DNA of 64,000 bases from Hylemonella sp. (GCA_030680575.1 JAUXVI010000029.1:63867-127866), one strand, 5' to 3'. Positions 38,164 to 46,865 are shown, counted from the stretch's first letter. Notes: a model not told the origin generated them from the letters alone. Numbers and translations are program-made.

Positions 38164-38862
38164 TCAGGCCTGCGTGGGCCGCTGCCCGTACTTGTAGAAG
38201 AAGGTCAGCACCGTCCAGACGCCCCAACTGGTCAGCAGCGTGATGGGGAAGGCCCACAACACATCACTGAGCCAGTGCGCCCCGACCGACATGCGGGCCA
38301 CCCCGATCAGCAACCCGCCCGCGACACCGGTGGCCACCCAGCGCCAGCGGCGACGGGGGTCGAGCAGCATGAGCGAAGCGAAGAAAAAACCGCAGGCCAC
38401 ATGGCCGCTGACGAAGGCGCAGTTGTCGGTGCACTGGTTGGCCTGCACCAGTGCCGGTGTGAACTTGCGGTCGCCACCGAACTCGACCACGTCGAAGGGG
38501 CGGGCGCGCAGGTGGTGTTCCTTGACGGCCCAAGTGGCAAAACCGGGGCCCAGCAGCAGTGACAGGCCGACAAAGGCCAAGGCAATGCCAGCCCGGCGCC
38601 AACGGCGCAACAGGCTGACGACGATCCAGCCGGCCAGAAAGACCAGCGCCAGCGAGCGGAAAAGGTCGGGCGTGTATTCGTTGACCAGCTCCACCCACTG
38701 CCACTGCGCGGGGTTGATGGGCGGGGACGGCTGCAGGAAGTAGGCTGCCACGGCGATGTCCAACTGCGGCCAGAGCACCGGCAGCATGGCCACGGCAAAG
38801 GAGGTACCCAGCACGAGCAGAAAAACGGTGCGGGCGCTGAGGGATAGGGATGGTTTGAACAT
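38164..38862 (-). CDS. PAP2 (acid phosphatase/lipid phosphate phosphatase) family membrane protein
   Basis: All three PAP2 motifs are present: KEHHLRARP (Kx6RP), SGH, and RMSVGAHWLSD (Rx5Hx3D). I chose the start at MFKPSLS. The track ORF extending to 39225 overlaps cbiX out of frame. Confidence 0.8.
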   Translation of the reverse strand: MFKPSLSLSARTVFLLVLGTSFAVAMLPVLWPQLDIAVAAYFLQPSPPINPAQWQWVELVNEYTPDLFRSLALVFLAGWIVVSLLRRWRRAGIALAFVGLSLLLGPGFATWAVKEHHLRARPFDVVEFGGDRKFTPALVQANQCTDNCAFVSGHVACGFFFASLMLLDPRRRWRWVATGVAGGLLIGVARMSVGAHWLSDVLWAFPITLLTSWGVWTVLTFFYKYGQRPTQA

Positions 38863-38906
38863 GGGCAATCGCCGCATTGTAAGGAGCGCCAGCGGTGCCC
38901 GCGCGC

Positions 38907-39287
38907 TCAGGCGGCAGAGAGCGCGATGCGGGCAAGCAGGTCGGTCACGCGGGCATCTTCCCCGATGGCACCTTGCAAGTGCCAAGTGACGCCGGGGAAG
39001 CTGGTTTGCAGGTCTGCCACCAAACGCGGCAGGTCTTCGCGCGCGTGTTTGCCGACGCCAAGGAACATCGGCACGATGGTGATGGACTGCACGCCGGATG
39101 CCACCAGTTCGGCGGCGCAGGCTGGCAGGTCGGGTGCTGTCAGCTCCAGGTAGGCGCAGCGCACCAGGGCCTGCGGGTCGAGCTGGCGTGTGCGGGCCGC
39201 CACCGCTTCCATCGGTTGTGACCACAGCGGGTCGCGCGAACCGTGGGCGAACAGGATGATGCCGCGGTGCGGCAAGGTTGAACTCAT
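38907..39287 (-). CDS. cbiX: Small CbiX/SirB-type sirohydrochlorin chelatase
   Basis: 126 aa. The sequence GIILFAHGSRDPLW...VPMFLGVGKHAREDLP is typical of a short CbiX. Confidence 0.7.
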   Translation of the reverse strand: MSSTLPHRGIILFAHGSRDPLWSQPMEAVAARTRQLDPQALVRCAYLELTAPDLPACAAELVASGVQSITIVPMFLGVGKHAREDLPRLVADLQTSFPGVTWHLQGAIGEDARVTDLLARIALSAA

Positions 39288-39292
39288 GCGTC

Positions 39293-40402
39293 TTATCTCC
39301 GCAGCACCAGCCAGCCGAAGGTGCCCAGCGACAGCAGTGAATAGATCATGCCCGGCAGCGCTGCCGTCAGCCACGGCTGCCAGTGACGCAGTTCGCCGAT
39401 GTAGCCAAACACGTTGTTGAGGAAAAAGAAACTGATGCCGGCCATGACGCCGCCGAACACATAAACCGAAATGCCCTCGTTGCGGAAGTGCAGGTAGGCG
39501 AAGGGCAGGGCCAGCACCACCATGACCAGGCAGCTCAGCGGGTAGAACACCTTTTTCCAGAACTCGATTTCGTAGCGCTCGGCCGACTGGTTGTTGGCAT
39601 TGAGGTGGCGGATGTACTGGAACAGGTCGAGCGTGCTCATGCGGTCGGGCCGCAGCACGGCAGCTGACACCATTTCGGAGGTGATCTGGGTCGGCCAGCG
39701 GAAGTTCGCAATCTGGGTGCGTTCGACGCGCGATGCCTCGGTACCACGCGAGGTGAATTCGATGCGCTCGGCCTGCTCCAGCAGCCAGGCTTCGTCGCTC
39801 TCGAACTGTGCCGTAGGGGAACGGGTCATCGACACCAGCAGCCCTTTGTTGTCGAACTCGAAGACGCGCACGCCACGCATACCGCCGTCAGATGCCAGCG
39901 CATTGACGTTGACGGCAAACTGGCCGTAGGGCTGTTTCTCGCGCAGCCAGGCGCCGGTCTGACCGACCGTGATGTTGCCCTGGTAACGCGCCTTGAGCAG
40001 TTGGGAGGTGCGGTCGGCCCAGGGGGCGAGGAAATCACCGATGACAAAGGTCAGCACCACGAACACGGCGCCCACGGTCATCAAGGTGCGCAGGGCACGC
40101 CACGGCTCCAGGCCGCTGGTGCGCAGGATCGTGAACTCCGAGCTTTGCGCCATGCGGGTCATGACGTAGATGGTGCCGATCAGCACCGTGATCGGCAGCA
40201 GCTCGTACAGGTGATTGGGGACCTGCAGCGCCACATAGCTCAGGGCCTGCGGCAACTGGTAACCGGCACCGATGCCCGGGCGGCCGATCGAGGGCAGCTG
40301 ATCGACAAAGTCGAAGAAGGAGAACAGCGCGAGAAAGGCCAGCGTGACGAAGGTCACGGCGGTCAACACTTCGGCGTGCAGGAGGCGACGGATGGTTTTC
40401 AT
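39293..40402 (-). CDS. lptG: LPS export ABC transporter permease LptG
   Basis: It is a YjgP/YjgQ-family six-TM protein with a periplasmic beta-jellyroll. It follows lptF with a 4-nt overlap. Confidence 0.8.
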   Translation of the reverse strand: MKTIRRLLHAEVLTAVTFVTLAFLALFSFFDFVDQLPSIGRPGIGAGYQLPQALSYVALQVPNHLYELLPITVLIGTIYVMTRMAQSSEFTILRTSGLEPWRALRTLMTVGAVFVVLTFVIGDFLAPWADRTSQLLKARYQGNITVGQTGAWLREKQPYGQFAVNVNALASDGGMRGVRVFEFDNKGLLVSMTRSPTAQFESDEAWLLEQAERIEFTSRGTEASRVERTQIANFRWPTQITSEMVSAAVLRPDRMSTLDLFQYIRHLNANNQSAERYEIEFWKKVFYPLSCLVMVVLALPFAYLHFRNEGISVYVFGGVMAGISFFFLNNVFGYIGELRHWQPWLTAALPGMIYSLLSLGTFGWLVLRR

Positions 40403-41511
40403 GCGGTCACCTGGCTCCGGGCTGCGGCTCGTGCCGCCAGCAGCCGTCGCCAACTCCAGTTGTAGTGCCGCATGGTCAACAACAGCATGGAGGCGGCCAG
40501 CACACCGCCATGCAGCAGGATCACGAAGGGGATGAAACCGATCTTGCCGGTGCTGATCCAGGCCTGGCCCAGATTGAGCAGGTTGAGATAGACCTGAAAC
40601 AGCAGCAAGGAAACCACCAGATTGCCGGAGCGACCCAGGCGCGGGTTCACGCGCGAGGTTGCCACCGCCAGGATCATCAGATTCAGCGCCGCCAGGGCAA
40701 AACCCAGGCGCCAGGAGATTTCACCCAGGTGATGCGTCGTCGGTTTGCGAATCAGCTCCAGGGTGGACACGGTGTTGAGAGGGATTTCAGCCTGGCTGCC
40801 CAACTGGTCCTGCGTCACCTGGATGCTGTAGCGCTCGAACTCGCTGAGCTTGAAGTCCGACTTGCCGATGCTGTTTTCCAGGCGCTGGCCGTTGCCCAGG
40901 ACGAGAAAACGTTCGTCGCCGATCAGCTCGATGCGGCCACTGCGCGCTGACGTCACGGTTTCCTTGCCCCGTTCGGTGGTGGCGATGAACACGTTGCTGG
41001 CGGAATGCTCGCTCAGCAGGCTTTTCTCGACGAAAAACACGCGGGTGCCGCCTGCCGACTCTTGGAACTGGCCGGGTTGCACCCGGTCCAGGTCACCGCG
41101 GTTTTCATAGTGGGCACGCATGTCCTCGACCTGCTTATTCGACCACGGCAGCACGAGCAGCGCCAATGTCGCGATGGCCAGCAGGATCGGCCAGGCAAAG
41201 CGCAGCAGGGGGGCCAGCAGGTTCCACAGTCCGACGCCGCTGGAAAACCAGATCACCATTTCACTGTCGCGGTACAGGCGCGACAGGGTGCCGACCGTGG
41301 CCACAAACAGGCCCATGGTCATGATGTTGGGCAGGAAGGACAGCACGTTGTAGCCCATCACCAGCATCACATCGGACGGATTGAAGCTGCCGCGCGAGGC
41401 CGCACCGAGCGTGCGGATCAGCGTCATGGTCATGACCACCGTCACCAGGACGATCAGCGTGGCGCCGAAACTGCGCGCCAGCTCCTTGCGGATGGAGGAA
41501 TGGAATAACAT
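40399..41511 (-). CDS. lptF: LPS export ABC transporter permease LptF
   Basis: It belongs to the YjgP/YjgQ family. It is divergent from pepA, as in E. coli. Confidence 0.8.
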   Translation of the reverse strand: MLFHSSIRKELARSFGATLIVLVTVVMTMTLIRTLGAASRGSFNPSDVMLVMGYNVLSFLPNIMTMGLFVATVGTLSRLYRDSEMVIWFSSGVGLWNLLAPLLRFAWPILLAIATLALLVLPWSNKQVEDMRAHYENRGDLDRVQPGQFQESAGGTRVFFVEKSLLSEHSASNVFIATTERGKETVTSARSGRIELIGDERFLVLGNGQRLENSIGKSDFKLSEFERYSIQVTQDQLGSQAEIPLNTVSTLELIRKPTTHHLGEISWRLGFALAALNLMILAVATSRVNPRLGRSGNLVVSLLLFQVYLNLLNLGQAWISTGKIGFIPFVILLHGGVLAASMLLLTMRHYNWSWRRLLAARAAARSQVTA

Positions 41512-41534
41512 TGGTCGGAAGGAAAACCGCAATT

Positions 41535-43022
41535 ATGAACTTTGAACTCAAGTCCCTGGATCTGGCTGCTGCTGCGGCTTTGACAAGTGATGCGCTGGTG
41601 GTGCTGGTGCCTGCCGGTTTCAAGCCCGGCAAGGATGCCTTGTCGGCCCTGGTGGCCCAAGCGCTCAAGGCCGGCGACCTGGAAAACAAGCCTGGCAAGC
41701 TGCTGCCTTTGTACCGGCCGGCGCAGGCCAAGTCACCCCGGGTGGTGCTGGTCGGTGCCGGTGACGGTTCGGCCAAGCAGGTGCGCCAGGCCGTGGCGGC
41801 TGCGGTTGGCGCCTTGCGTGCCGGCACACCGGCCGTGAAGAAGCTGGTCCTGTGTTTTGCCACCGCGCCCAGCAGCGGTGCGGTGCGTGCCGCAGTGACG
41901 GCCATGGCCGATGCCAGCTACGTCTACACCACCACCAAGTCCAAGTCGGAGGGGCGAACCATCGCCCGCGTGACCGTGGGTGTGCCGCAGGCGCTGGGCA
42001 GCAAGGCTGAGTTTGCGCAAGCCGTAGCGGCCGTGGCCGGTATCGAGATGGCCAAGGAGTGGGCCAATCGCCCTGGCAACCATGCCACCCCCACGCTGCT
42101 GGCGCAGGCCGCGCGCTCCCTGTCGCGCCTGCCCAAGATCAGCTGCCAGGTGCTGGGGCCGCGTGAAGTGGAAAAACTGGGCATGGGGTCTTTCATGGCC
42201 GTGGCCCGAGGCTCTGAGCAACCCCTGCGTTTCATCGTGCTGCAGTACAACGGCGCCGCCAAGGCGCAGGCGCCGACTGTGCTGGTGGGCAAGGGCATTT
42301 CCTTCGACAGCGGCGGCATCTCCATGAAGCCCGCCGCCGAGATGGACGAGATGAAGTTCGACATGGCGGGCGCCGCCAGCGTGCTGGGCGTGTTCCGTGC
42401 CTTGGGTGAACTCATGCCGGCCATCAATGTGGTGGGCCTGATCCCGAGCTGCGAGAACATGCCCGACGGCCGGGCCGTCAAGCCTGGTGATGTGGTGACC
42501 AGCATGAGCGGGCAGACCATCGAGATTCTCAACACCGACGCCGAGGGGCGGCTGATCCTGTGCGATGCGCTGACCTATGCCGAGCGCTTCAAGCCGCGTG
42601 CCGTGGTTGACGTTGCCACGCTCACCGGCGCCTGCATGATCGCCCTGGGCAGCGTGCGCAGCGGCCTGTTTGCCTCCACCGAGGAATTGGCCAACCAACT
42701 GATGGCCGCCGGCGAAGCAGCCCAGGATCTGTGCTGGCGCCTGCCGCTGGATGACGACTATGCCGACGGCCTGAAGACCAACTTTGCCGATGTCGCCAAT
42801 GTGGCGGGACGCGCCGGTGGCGCCATCACGGCCGCCAAGTTCCTGCAGCGTTTTGCCAGCAAGTACCCCTGGGCGCACCTGGACATTGCCGGCTCGGCCT
42901 GGAAGAGCGGTGCAGCCAAGGGCGCGACCGGGCGACCGGTGGGCCTGCTGCTGGACTTCCTGCTGGCCAGCCAGGCCAGCAAGCCTGCGGCGACCAAGAC
43001 CCGCCAGCGCCGCGCCGCCTGA
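41535..43022 (+). CDS. pepA: Leucyl aminopeptidase PepA (M17)
   Basis: The M17 signature NTDAEGRLILCDAL and metal ligands (VGKGISFDSGG) are present. Confidence 0.9.
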   Translation: MNFELKSLDLAAAAALTSDALVVLVPAGFKPGKDALSALVAQALKAGDLENKPGKLLPLYRPAQAKSPRVVLVGAGDGSAKQVRQAVAAAVGALRAGTPAVKKLVLCFATAPSSGAVRAAVTAMADASYVYTTTKSKSEGRTIARVTVGVPQALGSKAEFAQAVAAVAGIEMAKEWANRPGNHATPTLLAQAARSLSRLPKISCQVLGPREVEKLGMGSFMAVARGSEQPLRFIVLQYNGAAKAQAPTVLVGKGISFDSGGISMKPAAEMDEMKFDMAGAASVLGVFRALGELMPAINVVGLIPSCENMPDGRAVKPGDVVTSMSGQTIEILNTDAEGRLILCDALTYAERFKPRAVVDVATLTGACMIALGSVRSGLFASTEELANQLMAAGEAAQDLCWRLPLDDDYADGLKTNFADVANVAGRAGGAITAAKFLQRFASKYPWAHLDIAGSAWKSGAAKGATGRPVGLLLDFLLASQASKPAATKTRQRRAA

Positions 43023-43035
43023 GGGTGTTGAAAAC

Positions 43036-43473
43036 ATGACCGAGGTTGCCTTCCATTTCAACGCCCCCGACAAGCTGGCCTACGCCTGCCGGCTGCTGCG
43101 CAAGGCTATGGGCAGCGGGGCGCGTGTGGTGGTGACGGCGCCGGCCGATGTGCTGGCGCGCCTCAACAGCCTGCTGTGGACCTTCTCCCAGCTCGATTTC
43201 ATCCCGCATGCCACGACCAGCGACCCGGCCCATGTGTTGGCGGCCTCGCCGGTGGTTCTGGCTGAATCTCTGGCCGAGCTGCCGCACCAGCAGGTGCTGC
43301 TTAATCTCGGCGTGCAGGTGCCGGCCGGGTTCGAGCAGTTTGAGCGCTTGATCGAGGTTGTCAGCCTGGACGACGACGATCGCCAGCTGGCGCGTGGCCG
43401 CTGGAAGCACTACACCGAGGGCGGTCACACCATCGTCCGCCATGACCTGGCCCTGAAAGGCGCGAACGGATGA
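43036..43473 (+). CDS. holC: DNA polymerase III chi subunit
   Basis: The N-terminus MTEVAFHFN...ACRLLRKA is chi-like. Its position downstream of pepA matches the E. coli arrangement. Confidence 0.8.
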   Translation: MTEVAFHFNAPDKLAYACRLLRKAMGSGARVVVTAPADVLARLNSLLWTFSQLDFIPHATTSDPAHVLAASPVVLAESLAELPHQQVLLNLGVQVPAGFEQFERLIEVVSLDDDDRQLARGRWKHYTEGGHTIVRHDLALKGANG

Positions 43474-43790
43474 CCACACCGCAAAAGAACCTGCCGCGCT
43501 TTCTTCCGACGCTGACCGAGGTGGTGCGGCCCGTGGCGACCGGTACCGAGACAACACCGTCACCACAGACGACGACCAGTCCCATGCCGGCAGCGGAGGC
43601 GCTTGTCGAGCGGGTCATGCAGCGGCTGACGCCGACGCTGGAAACCAGGCTGCGAGCCGTCGTGACGGCCCTGGTGCAGGAGCAGGTCAGCGCGCTGGAG
43701 CCCTATCTGTGGCAGGAGGTTGACCAGGCTTTGCGACAGCAGGTGGCAGAAGCCGTGGCGCTGGAGCTTGATGCGCTGGCGCGACGCTGA
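43470..43790 (+). CDS. Hypothetical protein, translationally coupled to holC
   Basis: Its ATG overlaps the holC stop (ATGA). The 106-aa protein has a Thr/Pro-rich N-half and a helical Ala/Leu/Gln/Glu-rich C-half. GC3 usage is consistent with coding. Confidence 0.5.
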   Translation: MTTPQKNLPRFLPTLTEVVRPVATGTETTPSPQTTTSPMPAAEALVERVMQRLTPTLETRLRAVVTALVQEQVSALEPYLWQEVDQALRQQVAEAVALELDALARR

Positions 43791-43903
43791 GCCTCCCGAA
43801 ATACCCACAGACTGAAGGTTTGTTGGCCTTGCGTGGGACGAATGCGTTAATGTCTCGCTTGGTCCTATTTCCTGGTTGTCATTCAAATCACTTGGAGGAG
43901 TTC

Positions 43904-45100
43904 ATGCACGTCAAGCACCTTACTTCGGCCCTGACATGGGTCGCCACTGCCGCCCTTCTGACCGCCTGCGGCCAGAAAGAGGAGGCCGCAGCACCCGCTG
44001 CGGCACCAGCGCCGGTAGCGGCTGCCGAGCCGGTGGTCAAGATCGGTCACGTGGCGCCCATGAGTGGTGCCATTGCCCATCTGGGCAAGGACAACGAATA
44101 CGGCGCGCGCATGGCGATCGAGGAACTCAATGCGGCGGGCGTCATGATCGACGGCAAGAAAGTCAAGCTGGAACTGCTGGCCGAGGACGATGCCGCCGAT
44201 CCCAAGCAGGGCACCGCCGTGGCGCAAAAGCTGGCGGATGCCAAGGTCGCCGGCGTGATTGGCCACCTGAATTCGGGCACCACCATCCCGGCCTCCAAGG
44301 TCTACAGCGATGCCGGCATTCCGCAGATTTCGCCATCCGCCACCAACCCGAAGTACACGCGCCAGGGTTTCAAGACCACGTTCCGCGTGGTGGCGGATGA
44401 CGTGCACCTGGGCAGCACCCTCGGCAAATACGCCGTCGACACCCTCAAGGCCAAGAACGTGGCCGTGATCGATGACCGCACCGCTTATGGCCAAGGCGTG
44501 GCTGATGAGTTCAGCAAGGCCGCCGAGGCCGCGGGCGCCAAGATCGTGGCCAAGGAGTTCACCACCGACAAGGCCACTGACTTCAATGCCATCCTGACCA
44601 GCATCAAGGGCAAGAAGCCCGATGTGGTGTTCTTCGGTGGCATGGACGCCGTGGCCGGCCCCATGTTGAAGCAGATGAAGTCGCTGGGCATCAAGGCCAA
44701 GTTCATGGGCGGTGACGGCGCTTGTACGGCCGAGATGCCCAAGCTCGCCGGTGACGCCATCGGTGAAGAGCAGGTGTTCTGCGCCGAGGCGGGCGGCGTC
44801 GAGGGTGAGGCCAAGGTCGGCATGGACGAGTTCCGCGCCAAGTTCAAGGCCAAATTCAACGACGATGTGAAGCTCTACGCGCCCTATGTGTACGACGCGA
44901 CCAAGGTGCTGGTGGCCGCCATGGTCAAGGCCAACTCGGCCGATCCGGCCAAGTACCTGCCGGTGCTGGCGGCTACGACCGACTACAAGGGCGTGACCGG
45001 GCCGATCAGCTTTGACGAGAAGGGCGACATCAAGCACGGCGCCCTGACCCTGTACACCTTCAAGGGTGGAGAACGCACTCAGCTCGCCGTGATCCGCTGA
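43904..45100 (+). CDS. Branched-chain amino acid ABC transporter substrate-binding protein (LivK/LivJ-like), lipoprotein-type signal
   Basis: The lipobox-like LTAC is present, followed by KIGHVAPMSGAIAHLGKDNEYGARMAIEELNA, typical of Peripla_BP_6. GGAGG lies upstream of the ATG. Confidence 0.85.
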   Translation: MHVKHLTSALTWVATAALLTACGQKEEAAAPAAAPAPVAAAEPVVKIGHVAPMSGAIAHLGKDNEYGARMAIEELNAAGVMIDGKKVKLELLAEDDAADPKQGTAVAQKLADAKVAGVIGHLNSGTTIPASKVYSDAGIPQISPSATNPKYTRQGFKTTFRVVADDVHLGSTLGKYAVDTLKAKNVAVIDDRTAYGQGVADEFSKAAEAAGAKIVAKEFTTDKATDFNAILTSIKGKKPDVVFFGGMDAVAGPMLKQMKSLGIKAKFMGGDGACTAEMPKLAGDAIGEEQVFCAEAGGVEGEAKVGMDEFRAKFKAKFNDDVKLYAPYVYDATKVLVAAMVKANSADPAKYLPVLAATTDYKGVTGPISFDEKGDIKHGALTLYTFKGGERTQLAVIR

Positions 45101-45120
45101 TATCCGCTTCGGCTACCAGG

Positions 45121-45146
45121 GAAGGGCCTTCGGGCCCTTCTTTTTT
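45121..45146 (+). terminator. Rho-independent terminator after the LivK-like gene
   Basis: The sequence gaagggcc-ttcg-ggcccttc is followed by TTTTTT. Confidence 0.75.
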
Positions 45147-45205
45147 GCACTTTCTGCATCACTTCCCGGAAAGTCATGCCGACTCGGTTAGAATAGCGGG
45201 CTTCC

Positions 45206-45296
<91 letters not shown>

Positions 45297-45302
45297 AAAT
45301 GC

Positions 45303-45335
45303 AAAGGCCCACGCAGTGCGTGGGCCTTTTCTTTT
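45303..45335 (+). terminator. Rho-independent terminator after tRNA-Ser
   Basis: The hairpin aaaggcccacgc-agt-gcgtgggccttt is followed by a T-rich tract. Confidence 0.7.
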
Positions 45336-45501
45336 GGCGGAGAGGGCGTGTGAGAAACCGCCTCCGGGTTCGCTCTGAAACAGTCCGGAGGACTGTTTCA
45401 GGACGCGCATAGCGCGGGGGCGCAGCCCCGAGAAATTCGCGTGAGACGAATTTCGAGCAATCCCGCCGTTTCCAACAGAAGTGTCTTCGCGTTCAGTCTG
45501 C

Positions 45502-46413
45502 TCAGGCCTTGCCCTGTTTCACCAGTGTCATGGCGGAGGCGATCAACGCCGAGACTTCGCTCATATTGCCCGGCACGATCAGTGTGGTGGTCGAGTCGGC
45601 CGCCACCTTGCCGTAGGCCTCCACGGCTTTTTCCGCCACCTTGAGCTGCACCGCCTGCTCACCGCCAGGCTGTCGAATGGCCGCCGCCACACGTTCGATG
45701 GCCTCGGCATTAGCCAGGGCCACGGCCTTGATGGACTCGGCTTCACCCTGCGCCTGGTTGATGGCGGCCTGTTTTTCGCCTTCGGAGCGGGCGATGAAGG
45801 CTTCGCGCTCGCCGGTGGCGATGTTGATCTGCTCCTGGCGACGGCCTTCGGAGGCGGCAATCAGAGCCCGTTTTTCGCGCTCGGCCGTGATCTGTGCCTG
45901 CATGGCGTGCAGAATTTCCTTCGGCGGTGTCAGGTCCTTGATTTCGTAGCGCAGCACCTTGACGCCCCAGTTGAGCGCGGCCTCGTCAATGGCCTGGACC
46001 ACCTGGGCGTTGATGATGTCGCGTTCCTCGAAGGTCTTGTCGAGTTCGAGCTTGCCGATCACGCTGCGCAGCGAGGTCTGCGCCAGCTGGGTCACCGCCA
46101 CGATGTAGTTGGACGAGCCGTAGCTGGCACGCATCGGATCGGTGACCTGGAAATAAAGAATGCCGTCCACTTGCAACTGCGTGTTGTCACGTGTGATGCA
46201 GACCTGGCTCGGTACGTCGAGCGGGATTTCCTTCAGGCTGTGCTTGTAGGCCACCTTGTCGATAAAAGGCACCAGGAAGTTCAGGCCCGGCGTGAGCGCG
46301 GCGTGGTACTTGCCCAGGCGCTCCACCACCCAGGCGTTCTGCTGTGGCACGACCTTGACCGAGCGGCTGACGAAGATGACGGCAATGATGAGCAGGAGGA
46401 TGGCGATTTCCAT
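45502..46413 (-). CDS. SPFH/band-7 (stomatin-like, QmcA/YbbK-type) membrane protein
   Basis: It has an N-terminal TM segment and the SPFH domain sequence VVPQQNAWVVERLGKYH...LDKTFEERD, followed by a coiled C-terminal region. Confidence 0.85.
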   Translation of the reverse strand: MEIAILLLIIAVIFVSRSVKVVPQQNAWVVERLGKYHAALTPGLNFLVPFIDKVAYKHSLKEIPLDVPSQVCITRDNTQLQVDGILYFQVTDPMRASYGSSNYIVAVTQLAQTSLRSVIGKLELDKTFEERDIINAQVVQAIDEAALNWGVKVLRYEIKDLTPPKEILHAMQAQITAEREKRALIAASEGRRQEQINIATGEREAFIARSEGEKQAAINQAQGEAESIKAVALANAEAIERVAAAIRQPGGEQAVQLKVAEKAVEAYGKVAADSTTTLIVPGNMSEVSALIASAMTLVKQGKA

Positions 46414-46436
46414 GGTGACTTTCTCCGGGTGTCCGG

Positions 46437-46865
46437 TCAGGGTTCGAATTTTTCGATGACGAGCTGGCTGCCACGTACTTCAACGATGCGGTGGGCGCCG
46501 GTGGAGGGCAGGACGCCGGAGCCATGCACGGCCGTCCACTGGGCGCCGCGGTATTTCACGGTCGTCGTACCGTCAGGGTGCCAGGCTTCGACCTGCACGG
46601 TTTCGCCGATGTCGAGGTTGACGTCGTGGTTGGCACTGGCGCGCAGGGTGGAGGATTGGGGCCGCAGCCGGTGCCAGGCCACCACCGCGCCACCACCGAC
46701 CACGGCGGCGACACCGATCTGTGCCGTCAGTGCCAGCCCGGCATGGGCAGACAGCGCGGCGGCGGCCAGACCGATGGCCAGCATCAGCAAGTAGAAGGTG
46801 CCGGTCAGCAGTTCAATGGCGATTACGCAGCCCGTGATCAGCCACCAGACGGTCGATTCAGCCAT
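46437..46865 (-). CDS. NfeD-family membrane protein (stomatin partner)
   Basis: It has two or three TM helices and a C-terminal OB-fold-like segment GETVQVEAW...GAQWTA. It lies directly upstream of the stomatin gene, which is the classic nfeD-stomatin operon arrangement. Confidence 0.75.
   Translation of the reverse strand: MAESTVWWLITGCVIAIELLTGTFYLLMLAIGLAAAALSAHAGLALTAQIGVAAVVGGGAVVAWHRLRPQSSTLRASANHDVNLDIGETVQVEAWHPDGTTTVKYRGAQWTAVHGSGVLPSTGAHRIVEVRGSQLVIEKFEP

Noticed and set aside
38863-39225. An upstream extension of about 120 aa on the PAP2 ORF (MVTTDGSGGGPHTP...).
   Set aside because: It is Arg/Pro-rich and non-membrane. It overlaps the well-supported cbiX gene in another frame. 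The PAP2 protein begins naturally at MFKPSLS, with a TM helix.
45160-45205. A sigma-70 promoter for tRNA-Ser (TAGAAT at 45189-45194).
   Set aside because: The -10 hexamer is good and well placed about 11 nt upstream of the mature 5' end. However, no convincing -35 hexamer sits at 17±1 bp (ccggaa). It is too weak to list as a feature.
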